A stretch of 64,000 nt of DNA, taken from the NCBI GenBank assembly GCA_965208785.1, contig OZ242356.1, positions 114,202-178,201 on the forward strand, in the 5' to 3' direction. The position numbers and the translations under genes were made by a program. Origin of the DNA: Acidimicrobiales bacterium (GTDB lineage Bacteria > Actinomycetota > Acidimicrobiia > Acidimicrobiales > Bin134). The first letter of the stretch is position 1. Every line of letters starts with the position of its first letter. Under the pieces are notes generated by a model that did not search any database, was not told where the DNA came from, and saw nothing but the letters and a program-made list of their open reading frames with translations. Below are positions 17,922-27,412 of this stretch, one piece after another.

Positions 17922-19343
17922 ATGCTGACGGACAACTACATCAACGGGAGATTCCAGCCGGCCATTGAGGGGGCGACCGACGAGGTGGTGAATCCAGCCA
18001 CCGGGAAGGTGATCGGCGAGGTGGCGTCCAGCTCGGCGGCTGATGTGGACGCCGCGGTCCAAGCCGCGGCCGCCGCCTTCCCCGAGTGGTCGGCCAAAAC
18101 CCCCCGGGAGCGCAGCGAGATCCTCCACCAGGTGGCCGACATCGTGGAGGAGAACGTGGCCGAGCTGTCCGAGCTCGAGTGCGAGAACGTGGGCAAGCCG
18201 GTTTCGATCATCGAATTCGAAATGGACCAACTGTGCGACAACTGGCGGTTCTTCGCCTCCGCCGGGCGCTTCCTCGACGGCAAGGCCGCCGGCGAGTATC
18301 TCGAGGGCTACACCTCGATGGTGCGCCGCGACCCCATCGGGGTGGTGGGCTCCATCGCCCCTTGGAACTACCCGCTGTTCATGGCCACGTGGAAGCTCGG
18401 CCCGCCGCTGGCGGTGGGCAACACGGTGGTGCTGAAACCCTCCGAGCTCACCCCCTACACCACTTTGCGGCTGGCCGAGTTGCTCGCCGACGTGCTTCCC
18501 CCCGGGGTGTTCAACGTGGTGTGCGGCCAGGGCCGAGCCGCCGGCGTGCCGCTGGTGCAGCACCCCGATGTGGCCATGGTGTCGCTCACCGGGTCGGTGG
18601 CCGCCGGAAAGTCGGTGGCCCAGGAGGCGTCGGACTCGCTCAAGCGGGTCCATCTCGAGCTCGGCGGGAAGGCGCCGGTGATCGTGTTCGACGATGCCGA
18701 CATCGAGGCGGTGGTGGCCAATCTGCGCGACAACAGCTTCTACAACACCGGCCAGGACTGCACCGCGCCCTGTCGGGTGATCGCCGGGTCGAGGGTACAC
18801 GACGATTTCGTGGCCCAGCTCACCGACGCCGCCGCCACCGTGGTCACCGGCGACCCTGCCGACGAGGACACCGAGATGGGCCCGCTGGTGTCCGGCGGCC
18901 AACTCGACCGGGTGTCGGGGTACGTCGAGCGGGCGGCCGAAGCCGGCGCGGAGATCACCATCGGGGGCGGCCCGCGCGACAGCGATGGCTACTTCTATCA
19001 GCCCTCGGTGGTGGTCGGGGTAGACCAGGCGTCGGAGATCGTGCAGCGTGAAGTGTTCGGCCCGGTCATCACCGTGCAGGCGGTGCCCGATGAGGAGACC
19101 GCTCTGGCCTGGGCCAACGACTGCGACTACGGGCTGGCCGCCAGCGTGTGGACCAACGACGTGGGCCGGGCCATGCGCATGGCCAAGGGTCTGCGGTTCG
19201 GCACCGTGTGGGTGAACGACCACATCCCGATCATCTCCGAGATGCCCCACGGCGGCTTCAAGCAGTCGGGCTACGGCAAGGACATGTCGCTCTACGCCCT
19301 CGACCACTACACCGAGCTCAAGCACGTCATGGTGAAGCACTGA
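17922..19343 (+). CDS. NAD-dependent aldehyde dehydrogenase (aminobutyraldehyde dehydrogenase-like)
   Basis: Begins MLTDNYINGRF. Contains ELGGKAP and the catalytic Cys region GQDCTAP. ATG 17922 is in frame with ORF 17841..19343. Confidence 0.9.
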   Translation: MLTDNYINGRFQPAIEGATDEVVNPATGKVIGEVASSSAADVDAAVQAAAAAFPEWSAKTPRERSEILHQVADIVEENVAELSELECENVGKPVSIIEFEMDQLCDNWRFFASAGRFLDGKAAGEYLEGYTSMVRRDPIGVVGSIAPWNYPLFMATWKLGPPLAVGNTVVLKPSELTPYTTLRLAELLADVLPPGVFNVVCGQGRAAGVPLVQHPDVAMVSLTGSVAAGKSVAQEASDSLKRVHLELGGKAPVIVFDDADIEAVVANLRDNSFYNTGQDCTAPCRVIAGSRVHDDFVAQLTDAAATVVTGDPADEDTEMGPLVSGGQLDRVSGYVERAAEAGAEITIGGGPRDSDGYFYQPSVVVGVDQASEIVQREVFGPVITVQAVPDEETALAWANDCDYGLAASVWTNDVGRAMRMAKGLRFGTVWVNDHIPIISEMPHGGFKQSGYGKDMSLYALDHYTELKHVMVKH

Positions 19344-19384
19344 GCTCAACGAACTGGTCACCGCAAGATGGTGAAGCACTGAGC
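19329..19384 (+). repeat. 17-nt direct repeat spanning the ALDH stop codon (39-bp period)
   Basis: ATGGTGAAGCACTGAGC at 19329-19345 and again at 19368-19384. Confidence 0.95.
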
Positions 19385-19416
19385 GGCCAAGTCTGGGCAC
19401 CGGTGGGGTTCGACTC

Positions 19417-20796
19417 GTGAGCGACCGCTACCGGGACATTTCGTTTTGGCACGACACCTGCCCGGGCTCGCTTGAGCCCCGTCCTTCGCTCGCCGGTGAT
19501 GCCGATGTCGACGTCGCCATCGTGGGCGGGGGCTACACCGGGCTGTGGACCGCCTACTACCTGCTGTCCATCGACCCGTCGATTCGGGTGATGGTGATCG
19601 AGCGCGACATCGTGGGTTTCGGCGCTTCGGGCCGCAACGGGGGCTGGTGCGTGGGGGAGCTGGCCGCCGGGCCCAGGCGGCATGAGGCAGTGGCCGGCAA
19701 CGATGCCGCCCGTCGGTTTCTCCACGCCCTGCACGATGCGGTCGACGAGGTGGGTCGAGTGGCCGAGCGGGAGGGCTTCGACTGCCAGTACGCCAAGGGC
19801 GGTGCCATCCGCTTGGCCCGCAATCGGGCCCATCTCACCCGCCAGCGGGAGCAAGTCGAGCACTTCCACCGTGCCTACGGGCTGACCGACCACGACATGC
19901 GGATGCTCGGTGCCGATGAGGCCCGCACCCACTTGGCCGCCACCAGGGTGGTGGGCGGCATGTTCTTCGCCCACACCGCGGCCCTCCACCCGGCCCGGCT
20001 GGTTCGGGGGCTCGGCGATGTAGTTGAGCGCATGGGCGGCAAGATCGTCGAGGGCACGGCCGCCACCGCCATCGAGCCGGGCGCAGTTGCCACCGACCGG
20101 GGAGTTGTCAAGGCCGAGATCGTGGTGCGAGCCCTAGAGGGCTATACCGGCACGCTGGAGGGGAACCGCCGGACATTGGCCCCGCTGTATTCGCTGATGG
20201 TGGCCACCGAGCCCATCGACGACACGCTCTGGGATGAGATCGGATTGAGCCACCGGCAGACGTTCACCGACGACCGCTTCATGGTCATCTACGGGCAGCG
20301 AACGGCCGATGGTCGGATTGCGTTCGGCGGACGGGGAGCCCCCTACAACTTCGGCTCGCGGATCGCCAGCTCGGTGGAGCAGAGATCGCGCACCCACGAA
20401 CGAATCGCCGAAACCCTGGTCGAATTGCTGCCCATGCTCTCTGATGTTGCCTTCACCCACCGCTGGGGCGGTGTGCTCGGCGTACCCCGCGACTGGTTTC
20501 CTTCAGTGGGCTTGGATCGAGGCCGGGGCATGGCCTGGGGCGGCGGCTACGTCGGCGAGGGGGTGGCCGCTGCCAACCTGGCCGGCCGAACCCTGGCCGA
20601 GCTGATCGCCGAGGCCGACTCGCCCCGCATCGACCTTCCCTGGGTGGGACACCGGTCGCGGCGATGGGCGCCCGAGCCGCTCCGGTGGCTGGGCATCAAC
20701 GGGGCGTTGAGGATCATGGGCATCGCCGACCGTTCGGAGGCGATTACCGGCAGGACTTCCCGCCTCGCCCGGATGATGCAGCGGATGCTGAGCTAG
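19417..20796 (+). CDS. FAD-dependent oxidoreductase (DadA/PuuB-like amine oxidase)
   Basis: Dinucleotide-binding motif DVAIVGGGYTGL. 459 aa. Confidence 0.85.
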   Translation: MSDRYRDISFWHDTCPGSLEPRPSLAGDADVDVAIVGGGYTGLWTAYYLLSIDPSIRVMVIERDIVGFGASGRNGGWCVGELAAGPRRHEAVAGNDAARRFLHALHDAVDEVGRVAEREGFDCQYAKGGAIRLARNRAHLTRQREQVEHFHRAYGLTDHDMRMLGADEARTHLAATRVVGGMFFAHTAALHPARLVRGLGDVVERMGGKIVEGTAATAIEPGAVATDRGVVKAEIVVRALEGYTGTLEGNRRTLAPLYSLMVATEPIDDTLWDEIGLSHRQTFTDDRFMVIYGQRTADGRIAFGGRGAPYNFGSRIASSVEQRSRTHERIAETLVELLPMLSDVAFTHRWGGVLGVPRDWFPSVGLDRGRGMAWGGGYVGEGVAAANLAGRTLAELIAEADSPRIDLPWVGHRSRRWAPEPLRWLGINGALRIMGIADRSEAITGRTSRLARMMQRMLS

Positions 20797-21587
20797 TCGC
20801 CGACGATATCGAGGGAATACTCGTTGGCCACCTCTGGTTCGGGGGCGCACAACAAGAGCGACTCGATGCCGAACGTGGGAGCGGCAAACAGTGCGGCGAG
20901 GCAGGAGGCCAGGCCGTGGGCAACCTCGCTGGCATGCATGAGCCCGGTGCGGAACCCTTGGCGCTGCCAGTGGGGAATGACGGCCTCAAAGTCTTCGCGG
21001 GTGAACGAATGGGCGAACTCGGAGGGCTCGGTGGGGCCCAAGATAACGGTGACAAACCGGCGGTTGCCCAGCAGCTCGGTTCGCCATCCGTCCATGGTGG
21101 CCTCCAGGGCCCGCTTGGAGGCGGCGTAGGGCACCAGCGAGTGACGGGGCATCGACGAGGCGTTCGACGACACCGCAACCACCACCGCATCTTCGCTGAG
21201 ATGGGGAAGGGCGGCTTTGATGACCAGGTTCGGCCCATAGGTGTTGACCCCGAACACCGCCTGCCAGTCGTCCGCTGCCATCTCGGCCATCGGCGCCAAG
21301 GGCGACATGCCCGCGGTGTAGACGATGCCGTCGAGCCCGCCGAGCATTTTGGCGGCCTCGCCCACCCCTTGTTCGATGCTGGCCGGGTCCAGCACGTCGA
21401 TCGCCACCACATGGCCGCCTCCGGCCTCGGCCACCGCCTCTTCGAGCGCCTCGCGGCGGCGAGCGGCGAACACCATGTTGGCGCCGTTGCGCTGAAGGGC
21501 AATGGCAGTGGCCCGGCCCAGGCCCGACGAGGCGCCCACCACCAAGATCTTGCGCTCACTCAGGGCTTCCATCTGCTCCTCCTTCAC
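20793..21587 (-). CDS. SDR family oxidoreductase
   Basis: ILVVGASSGLGRA motif. The start may be the second Met (21572). Confidence 0.85.
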   Translation of the reverse strand: MKEEQMEALSERKILVVGASSGLGRATAIALQRNGANMVFAARRREALEEAVAEAGGGHVVAIDVLDPASIEQGVGEAAKMLGGLDGIVYTAGMSPLAPMAEMAADDWQAVFGVNTYGPNLVIKAALPHLSEDAVVVAVSSNASSMPRHSLVPYAASKRALEATMDGWRTELLGNRRFVTVILGPTEPSEFAHSFTREDFEAVIPHWQRQGFRTGLMHASEVAHGLASCLAALFAAPTFGIESLLLCAPEPEVANEYSLDIVGD

Positions 21588-22362
21588 CTAGGGCGCCGGT
21601 CAGCCAATCTTGCCAAAGGGGTCCGTCCCGCTCTGCGGCCTCAGCTCCGTCGGCCCCGTAAAGGTACAGCCACACCGACGCCCTGGCGTGATCGCCGAAA
21701 GACTCCACCGCCACGAATGCGGTGCCGGGCGCGGGCTCGTCGAGCAGCAGGGCGATCCGGTGCGGTCCGGCTTCTGCCACCGTGCCGGCCAGCGGGGGAG
21801 CATCAGGCGAGTTGGCTTCGATCCGCTCGCCCACCCCCGGGGTCGACGAGATGCCCAGCGCGGTTGTGAGCCCGGCCCACTGCTCATCGCGTGAGCCTGC
21901 TCCCATGGCGGTGGGCAGCACCGAGACGGCTGTCTGGCCTCCGAAGTGCTCCAAGTGCAGCCCGAGGTTGGACATGAACAAGCCCCAGCCCTCCACCATG
22001 GCGTCATACTGAGCGTCCCACTCGTTGCCTTCGCCGAAGCCGGTATTCACCAGCCGCACCCTGCACCGGTCTTCGCCTGCGGGCGCCACAGTCCATTCAA
22101 AGGCCAGTCCGTCCACGCCCTCGCCGCCGTCGAAGCAAATCCGCCGTGGCGGCTCCCACACCGCCACCCGCCCGCGAATCTGCATCTCCGGCCCCGGCCC
22201 AAACGAGGCCATGGCCGCTCCACCGGCCCGCTCCTCAACGGTGTGGGGCACATACCACGAGGAGATCCCCGGCCCCGTGGCCACCGCCCGCCACACCTCC
22301 TCAGGCGTCCCCGCTACCTCCACCTCCAACCCAATCGACCGCTCTTCAGCCATGGTGTTCAC
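21556..22362 (-). CDS. SRPBCC (AHSA1-like) domain protein
   Basis: N-terminal half resembles the activator-of-Hsp90-ATPase/SRPBCC fold (EVEVAGTPEEVWRAVATGPGISSWY). Confidence 0.7.
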   Translation of the reverse strand: MNTMAEERSIGLEVEVAGTPEEVWRAVATGPGISSWYVPHTVEERAGGAAMASFGPGPEMQIRGRVAVWEPPRRICFDGGEGVDGLAFEWTVAPAGEDRCRVRLVNTGFGEGNEWDAQYDAMVEGWGLFMSNLGLHLEHFGGQTAVSVLPTAMGAGSRDEQWAGLTTALGISSTPGVGERIEANSPDAPPLAGTVAEAGPHRIALLLDEPAPGTAFVAVESFGDHARASVWLYLYGADGAEAAERDGPLWQDWLTGALGEGGADGSPE

Positions 22363-22473
22363 ACTAGTGGGTGTCGCTGAGCAGGACCGTAGCCAAAATG
22401 CTTTTGTGACTACATTTGGGGACTATATTATTAGCAGTTGATGTGTGCTTCAATCGGAACTACACTAAAATAG

Positions 22474-22809
22474 ATGGAAGTAATTATAATGGAACAAGAA
22501 ATGTCAACCCTCGGCCAGCAAGCTCGCACGGTGGCGGCACGGGAATTCAAGACGCACTGTCTCCAGTTGATTCGCGAGGTCCAGGAAACCGGCCAAGAGA
22601 TCATCATCACCCGCCACAAGAAGCCCGTCGCCCGGCTCGCCCCCGCCCAAAGGGAGTTCATCCCCTTGAGCGGAATAGACAAGGGGCGGCTCAAGATCTA
22701 TGGCGACATCGTGTCATCAGTGTGGGACGACGAGTCATTCGACATGGAGGACAATCCCGACAAGGTCCTCGATCCCGTTGCCTGGTACGAACGTCATGAT
22801 AACGGTTGA
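22474..22809 (+). CDS. Phd/YefM-type antitoxin
   Basis: Contains AAREFKTHCLQLIREVQETGQEIIITRHKKPVARL. Start ambiguous (22474, 22489 or 22501). Preceded by an AT-rich promoter patch. Confidence 0.8.
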   Translation: MEVIIMEQEMSTLGQQARTVAAREFKTHCLQLIREVQETGQEIIITRHKKPVARLAPAQREFIPLSGIDKGRLKIYGDIVSSVWDDESFDMEDNPDKVLDPVAWYERHDNG

Positions 22810-23212
22810 CACTCACACATTGATTTGGCTGAGGTGTTCGGACGACCGGGTAGGCCGGCGCACCGAAGCCTTGCTGATCGAAGCCCAGTTTGAAGGAGAG
22901 CTAGCGGCCTCTGCCGCAGTGTTCACCGAGGCCACTCGATTGCATCTGAACGGAAGAGTCGACCTGGGAATGCCGCCGAGGGCGTGGGCGGACACCTGTA
23001 CGGACAATGGCCTCCGGATCATCCCCGTCTCCGCCCGCATCGCCATCGAGTCGTCGATGCTGGGCACCTCGGGATTTCACGGCGACCCCTTGGACCGCCT
23101 CATCGCCGCTACGGCCGTCGTCGGAGGCCACAGCCTGGTAACCGCCGACCGCCAGATCGCCCAATGGGCCGAGCGCACCCGCCTCCTGAGCGTCATCGAC
23201 CCCGCCCCCTAG
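22796..23212 (+). CDS. vapC: PIN-domain toxin
   Basis: Begins MITVDTHTLIW and contains ...HGDPLDRLIAATA.... ATG 22796 overlaps the antitoxin 3' end by 14 nt. Confidence 0.8.
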   Translation: MITVDTHTLIWLRCSDDRVGRRTEALLIEAQFEGELAASAAVFTEATRLHLNGRVDLGMPPRAWADTCTDNGLRIIPVSARIAIESSMLGTSGFHGDPLDRLIAATAVVGGHSLVTADRQIAQWAERTRLLSVIDPAP

Positions 23213-23361
23213 TGGTGTGTCTTGGGTTTAGGGCCGTGGAGGGAGGAGTCCTGGGATACGAGAGCCGGGTGTCGGGCCTGGTCGCGGGCCTGTGAATTCC
23301 CGGCGGCCAGGAGGTGCTGTTTGCGCTCCGACTCGAACGTGCCGATGTACTTGGTCGGCAC

Positions 23362-25566
23362 TCAGTTGAACACATCGCGGCAGTGAGTCCTGACCGCTTG
23401 GTCTCGGTTGAACTGTCTGGCCAGCGCATTTTGGCAGGCGGCGGACCGGCAGGTTTCTAGGCGCTCCAGCTCTTGGCGGATCGGGGTCCACCCCGACCAC
23501 AGCGCCTCTTGGGCCTGGGCCTCGGCGACGGTGAACGGCTCGGCGGTGTTCCACGGCGCGTCGGGCAGTGTCCACCCCAGCGCAACGAGCACCCGCGCCC
23601 AGTTGCCGGCGTAGCCGGGCCGGTTCTTGTTGTTGTCGTGGTATCGCTTCACGGTCCCGGCGATGTTGCCGCGGGCGGTGCAGACTTGGGGTGTCGGCTG
23701 GTTTCGGGAGTAGTCGGTGACGGGGTCGGCCCGCTCCGGCCACGGCGTCGGGGCCGGGGTCGGCTCGGGGTCCGGCTCCGGCGGGGGGGCGGGCATGGTG
23801 ATCTGAAGCGACGGGCCTTGATCGCCGTGGCCGCTGCCCAAATGGTGGGTGACGGTCCACGAGCCGGGGGCGTTGAACCGCGGGTAGCCGTCGTCGTGGT
23901 AGCGGTACACCTCGAAGGTCTTGGGCTGGTTCCAGTCCGAAGAGTTGAACGAAGTCCAAGCGGCCTGGTGGTTGTGGCCCGACGGCGCCCGCCTCTGGTC
24001 GCGGCACCGCCACAAGCACACGCCCAGCGCCCTCTGCGCGTTGGCCGAAGCGGGCGGGAGCGAAACCCGCGCGTATACCGACACCGGCCCGCCAGGATCG
24101 CGCGAGAGCCTCACGGTGTAGGAGACGGCATCGCCCTCGAACAGCGTCGCGGACGACTCAGAGACCACGATGGCCCGGCTTATGTCGTTGTCGCGCACCC
24201 GCACCGTGGCCGACCCCGCGCTCTGAGACACCCGGTAATCGTCGCCCGGCAACACCTCCAGAGTCACCGAGCCGTCAGGCTCCCACACGTCATCATCAAC
24301 GATGGACACGCCAGCCCACCCCGCAGACGAGAAGGTCCGCCGAACGCCTACTTGGCTGGCGGCTATGAAGTCGCCGCTTTGGCTCCATTGGTATCTGATA
24401 GGCCCGGTGAACCCTGAGGGGCGCTGCAAGTGAACAATGACGCTCTGCCCCTCGGTTTTCTGCTCGTTGCCTGCAAGCAGTCTCACCCCGACCACGGGCC
24501 GGTCATCGACTTCGACTCGGGGTGCCACGACCACGGGCACGCTGAGCCGCCCCCTGGTCGATCCGCTGTCGGACATCGCGACTCTCCCCGCGGCCGACGG
24601 GGCGCCGACGCTGAACGTGAGCGCCGTCGCCTGCTGGGTGACGTTGTTGTCGCCGTCGCGCCGCTCGCGCACCGCCCCCAAAAGCCAGTGCTGCGCGTAC
24701 AGCCTCGCGTTCTGGTGGCCGCTGCCGGCAAGGCTCACGCCGCCCGACAGGCTGAGCCGCGTCCACTGAGGCCCGTCGGCGGTGAACGTCAAAGTGAACT
24801 CGCCGCCCTCGGTCACCATCGGGACACAAGCGTTCCGCCCCGCATACGGGGCGTGCTGCTGGTGGTTGGCAGCCGGGCCGACATAGCGCACCGTGTACGC
24901 CACGCCGTCGCGGCGGGAGCCGGTGAAGGTCAGCGCCCGCTCGCCGCTGCAATCCACAAGCCCCGGAGTCCCGCCCACCACCGGCGTGCCCGCTTTGCTG
25001 ACACCGACAGCCCTGAACTTCAGCGTCGCCGAAGGGTTGCTGTTCCAAGTGGAAGCGGTGACGGAGTAGGTTCTGAAATAAGTGCCGTCGGTGATGCTCC
25101 AGCCGGGCAGGCCCCCGGAGTCCTCGCCGCCCGAAGTCGTGGCGCGAATACCCGCCGTAGCCCTGTTAGCGCCCACGTCGATCACCAGGAAATAGCTGGT
25201 GGTCGCCGCCAGGTCGATGCCGGTGCTCGTGAACGTGAGCACCTGGTCGGAGTTGGAGACGGGGAAGCTGGAGGGGTTGGCCAGGGTGCCCAGCGAGCCG
25301 CCCGGAAACCCGCCCGACGACGAGTGGATGCTGGCGGTCAGATCCGAACTTGAGAGGTCGTTAGTGATATCGGAGAACTCCACTTCGACGCTGCGGAGGC
25401 TGTAGCCCGCGCTGTTGGCGCCGGTCGTGAACCCCTGGGCGTAGTCATTGCCCAAAGACGCGCTGGGTCCGTCTGACTGGCCCAAATTGCCGGTGAAGGT
25501 CAGCGCCGACTGCGCCAAAAGCGGCGACGCCGCCCCCAAACCGGCCGCGGCCACAGCCACAACCAC
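23362..25566 (-). CDS. large secreted protein of unknown family (Calx-beta-like segments)
   Basis: 734-aa ORF with a hydrophobic N-terminus (...AVAAAGLGAASPLLAQS). Contains VSIVDDD and VRVRDND motifs, a Pro-rich linker and a Cys-containing C-terminal domain. The true start likely depends on poly-G tract length (GTG 25636 with 17 or 20 G). Confidence 0.75.
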   Translation of the reverse strand: MVVAVAAAGLGAASPLLAQSALTFTGNLGQSDGPSASLGNDYAQGFTTGANSAGYSLRSVEVEFSDITNDLSSSDLTASIHSSSGGFPGGSLGTLANPSSFPVSNSDQVLTFTSTGIDLAATTSYFLVIDVGANRATAGIRATTSGGEDSGGLPGWSITDGTYFRTYSVTASTWNSNPSATLKFRAVGVSKAGTPVVGGTPGLVDCSGERALTFTGSRRDGVAYTVRYVGPAANHQQHAPYAGRNACVPMVTEGGEFTLTFTADGPQWTRLSLSGGVSLAGSGHQNARLYAQHWLLGAVRERRDGDNNVTQQATALTFSVGAPSAAGRVAMSDSGSTRGRLSVPVVVAPRVEVDDRPVVGVRLLAGNEQKTEGQSVIVHLQRPSGFTGPIRYQWSQSGDFIAASQVGVRRTFSSAGWAGVSIVDDDVWEPDGSVTLEVLPGDDYRVSQSAGSATVRVRDNDISRAIVVSESSATLFEGDAVSYTVRLSRDPGGPVSVYARVSLPPASANAQRALGVCLWRCRDQRRAPSGHNHQAAWTSFNSSDWNQPKTFEVYRYHDDGYPRFNAPGSWTVTHHLGSGHGDQGPSLQITMPAPPPEPDPEPTPAPTPWPERADPVTDYSRNQPTPQVCTARGNIAGTVKRYHDNNKNRPGYAGNWARVLVALGWTLPDAPWNTAEPFTVAEAQAQEALWSGWTPIRQELERLETCRSAACQNALARQFNRDQAVRTHCRDVFN

Positions 25567-25613
25567 CAGCGCGACGAAAACAGACCTGAGCCCTCGCCTG
25601 CCCCTAACTAGGT

Positions 25614-25631
25614 GGGGGGGGGGGGGGGGGG
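25614..25631. repeat. homopolymer G18 (C18 on the coding strand)
   Basis: Counted directly: 7+10+1 G. Lies between GTG 25636 and the signal-peptide codons of gene 23362..25566. Confidence 0.95.
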
Positions 25632-26066
25632 TTCACAGCACACACCAGCACAGACCGCGCTGCGCCCACCGCGTCCGAGCCCGCCCCCGCGGAAACCCCG
25701 CCCATGCCCACGCCTGTTCCTGCCGTCATTGCTTGCTCCCGTCTCGCGCACCAAGCGCGCACCAACCTGCGCGCATGCTACCACTCCGCGAGCAACACCC
25801 ATTAACCCAAGCCCCCACCCCTGCCCCCGCAAGCCCGCGACCGAGCCGGCGGCGAGGACGCCGCGGCCGGCCGCAGCGGTTCGCGGGCGAGGCCACCGCC
25901 GACGTGCTGACGGGTGAATCTGTCACCGAGTCCCAGTAGCGTCGTCACCGGTCGCGGCTCCGTACCAAGCCGTCCAAGCATCCACCACCGGGCGAGGTGC
26001 GACATGGGATCATTCCCAAGGGAGGCCGATCGCAGGCTCCCGTTCAGCATCGGCGAAGGAGGACTT

Positions 26067-27089
26067 GTGTCTGCTGCCAGAGATGACAGCCAACTCTGGT
26101 CGGTACACAGGGGCGACGCGCTCGACGCCTATGCCGTGTGGCCATCCCCCTCGGCCATAATTTCGGATGGCGCATACGGGGTGGGGGGATTCCCCGGCGA
26201 TCCGCGGACGCCAGAAGATCTGGCCGAATGGTATGCACCCCATGTAGAGGCTTGGTCCAAGCACTCACTGCCATCTTCGACGCTGTGGTTTTGGAATACT
26301 GAGATCGGCTGGGCCACAGTTCATCCAGTCTTGGCTGAATTCGGCTGGGACTATGTTCAAACGATCGTGTGGGACAAGGGCATCGGGCACATCGCAGGCA
26401 ATGTGAATGGGGACACCATCCGCCGCTTTCCGGTGGTAACCGAGGTTTGCGTGCTCTATCGGCGTCGTTTGGAATTCCCGACGCGAGATGGCGTGATGAC
26501 GGCTCGGCAGTGGCTGCGGTATGAGTGGCAGCGGGCGGGTTTGCCCCTTCATCGGGCAAATGAGGCGTGTGGGGTGGCGAACGCCGCCACACGCAAGTAC
26601 CTCACCCAAGACTGGCTCTGGTATTTTCCACCACCTGACATGATGGAACGCCTGGTGTGCTACGCCAACGAGCATGGTATTGCGGCTGGTGCCCCCTATT
26701 ACTCCCTAGACGGTGTCGCGCCGGTCACGGCAGGGGAGTGGGCTGGGATGCGAGACCAGTGGAATCACACGCATGGCCTCACAAACGTGTGGTCAGCACC
26801 GCCGTTGAACGGGCAGGAGCGCTACAAGGGCAACGGGGTTCGCTCGGCGCCGCGCGTGTACAAGCCTGGTCGCAACGCCGCTGTCCACCTCAATCAGAAG
26901 CCACTGGAGTTCATGCGCCGAATCATCAAGGCTGCTACCGAGCCAGACGACGCCGTTTGGGAGCCCTTTGGGGGGCTGTGCAGCGCGGTTGTGGCTGCGG
27001 TGGAGGCCGGGCGACGCGGCTACGCAGCGGAGACGGTGGACCACTTTGCCGACCTGGCCATTGAGCGCCTCAGATCTGCTGAATCCTGA
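26067..27089 (+). CDS. beta-class N6/N4 DNA methyltransferase-like protein with atypical motif IV
   Basis: N-terminal IISDGAYG sits where DPPY is expected. NQKPLEFMRRII and the AdoMet motif VWEPFGGLCS are near the C-terminus. GAAGGAGG ribosome-binding site lies 6 nt before GTG 26067. Confidence 0.75.
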   Translation: MSAARDDSQLWSVHRGDALDAYAVWPSPSAIISDGAYGVGGFPGDPRTPEDLAEWYAPHVEAWSKHSLPSSTLWFWNTEIGWATVHPVLAEFGWDYVQTIVWDKGIGHIAGNVNGDTIRRFPVVTEVCVLYRRRLEFPTRDGVMTARQWLRYEWQRAGLPLHRANEACGVANAATRKYLTQDWLWYFPPPDMMERLVCYANEHGIAAGAPYYSLDGVAPVTAGEWAGMRDQWNHTHGLTNVWSAPPLNGQERYKGNGVRSAPRVYKPGRNAAVHLNQKPLEFMRRIIKAATEPDDAVWEPFGGLCSAVVAAVEAGRRGYAAETVDHFADLAIERLRSAES

Positions 27090-27171
27090 CTACGCTCCAA
27101 GCTCGATGAACAACCCGCCGACGCACCAATCTGTACCGCTTTGACCGCCAAGCGCAGACATTTCCTGATGT

Positions 27172-27193
27172 GCTGTTCCGACGCAGGAACAGC
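27172..27193 (+). terminator. hairpin downstream of the methyltransferase gene
   Basis: GCTGTTCC-gacgca-GGAACAGC, a perfect 8-bp stem. No clear U-tract. Confidence 0.35.
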
Positions 27194-27412
27194 TCTGGTG
27201 GCGTCACATTCGCGAAACCGAGCAAGATCCCTCCATTGAATCACCCGCCCACGCTTCTCCATACATGGGCCGGGACAACACCTCCGATTTGCGCCATCGG
27301 AAGGGGGCGAGCCCATTTCGCCTCTCGCATGGGCAGGAGCCGGGCGACGATCTGGAGGGAGAAGAAGCGCTGCGGGCCGGCGCAGTCGATGGTCACCCCC
27401 ACCGTCCGCAAC

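Noticed and set aside
17769-19400. 543-aa ORF antisense to the aldehyde dehydrogenase gene. Similar long antisense or alternative-frame ORFs occur at 53653..55926, 30474..32138, 52311..53735, 5356..6852, 7136..8512, 56851..57978 and 59618..60550.
   Set aside because: Their translations are Arg/Gly/Pro/His-rich and low in complexity. They lie opposite genes with clear family signatures. This is the usual open-frame artefact of high-GC DNA.
23213-23361. A short frame after the large gene's stop (VPTKYIGTFESERKQHLLAAG...), considered as a separate small gene or a read-through extension.
   Set aside because: There is no start context and no recognisable similarity. It is too short to support.
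25612-25917. ORF starting MGGGGGGSQHT, encoded by the poly-G tract.
   Set aside because: The product is Pro/Arg-rich nonsense. The tract is better explained as part of the 5' end of the opposite-strand gene.
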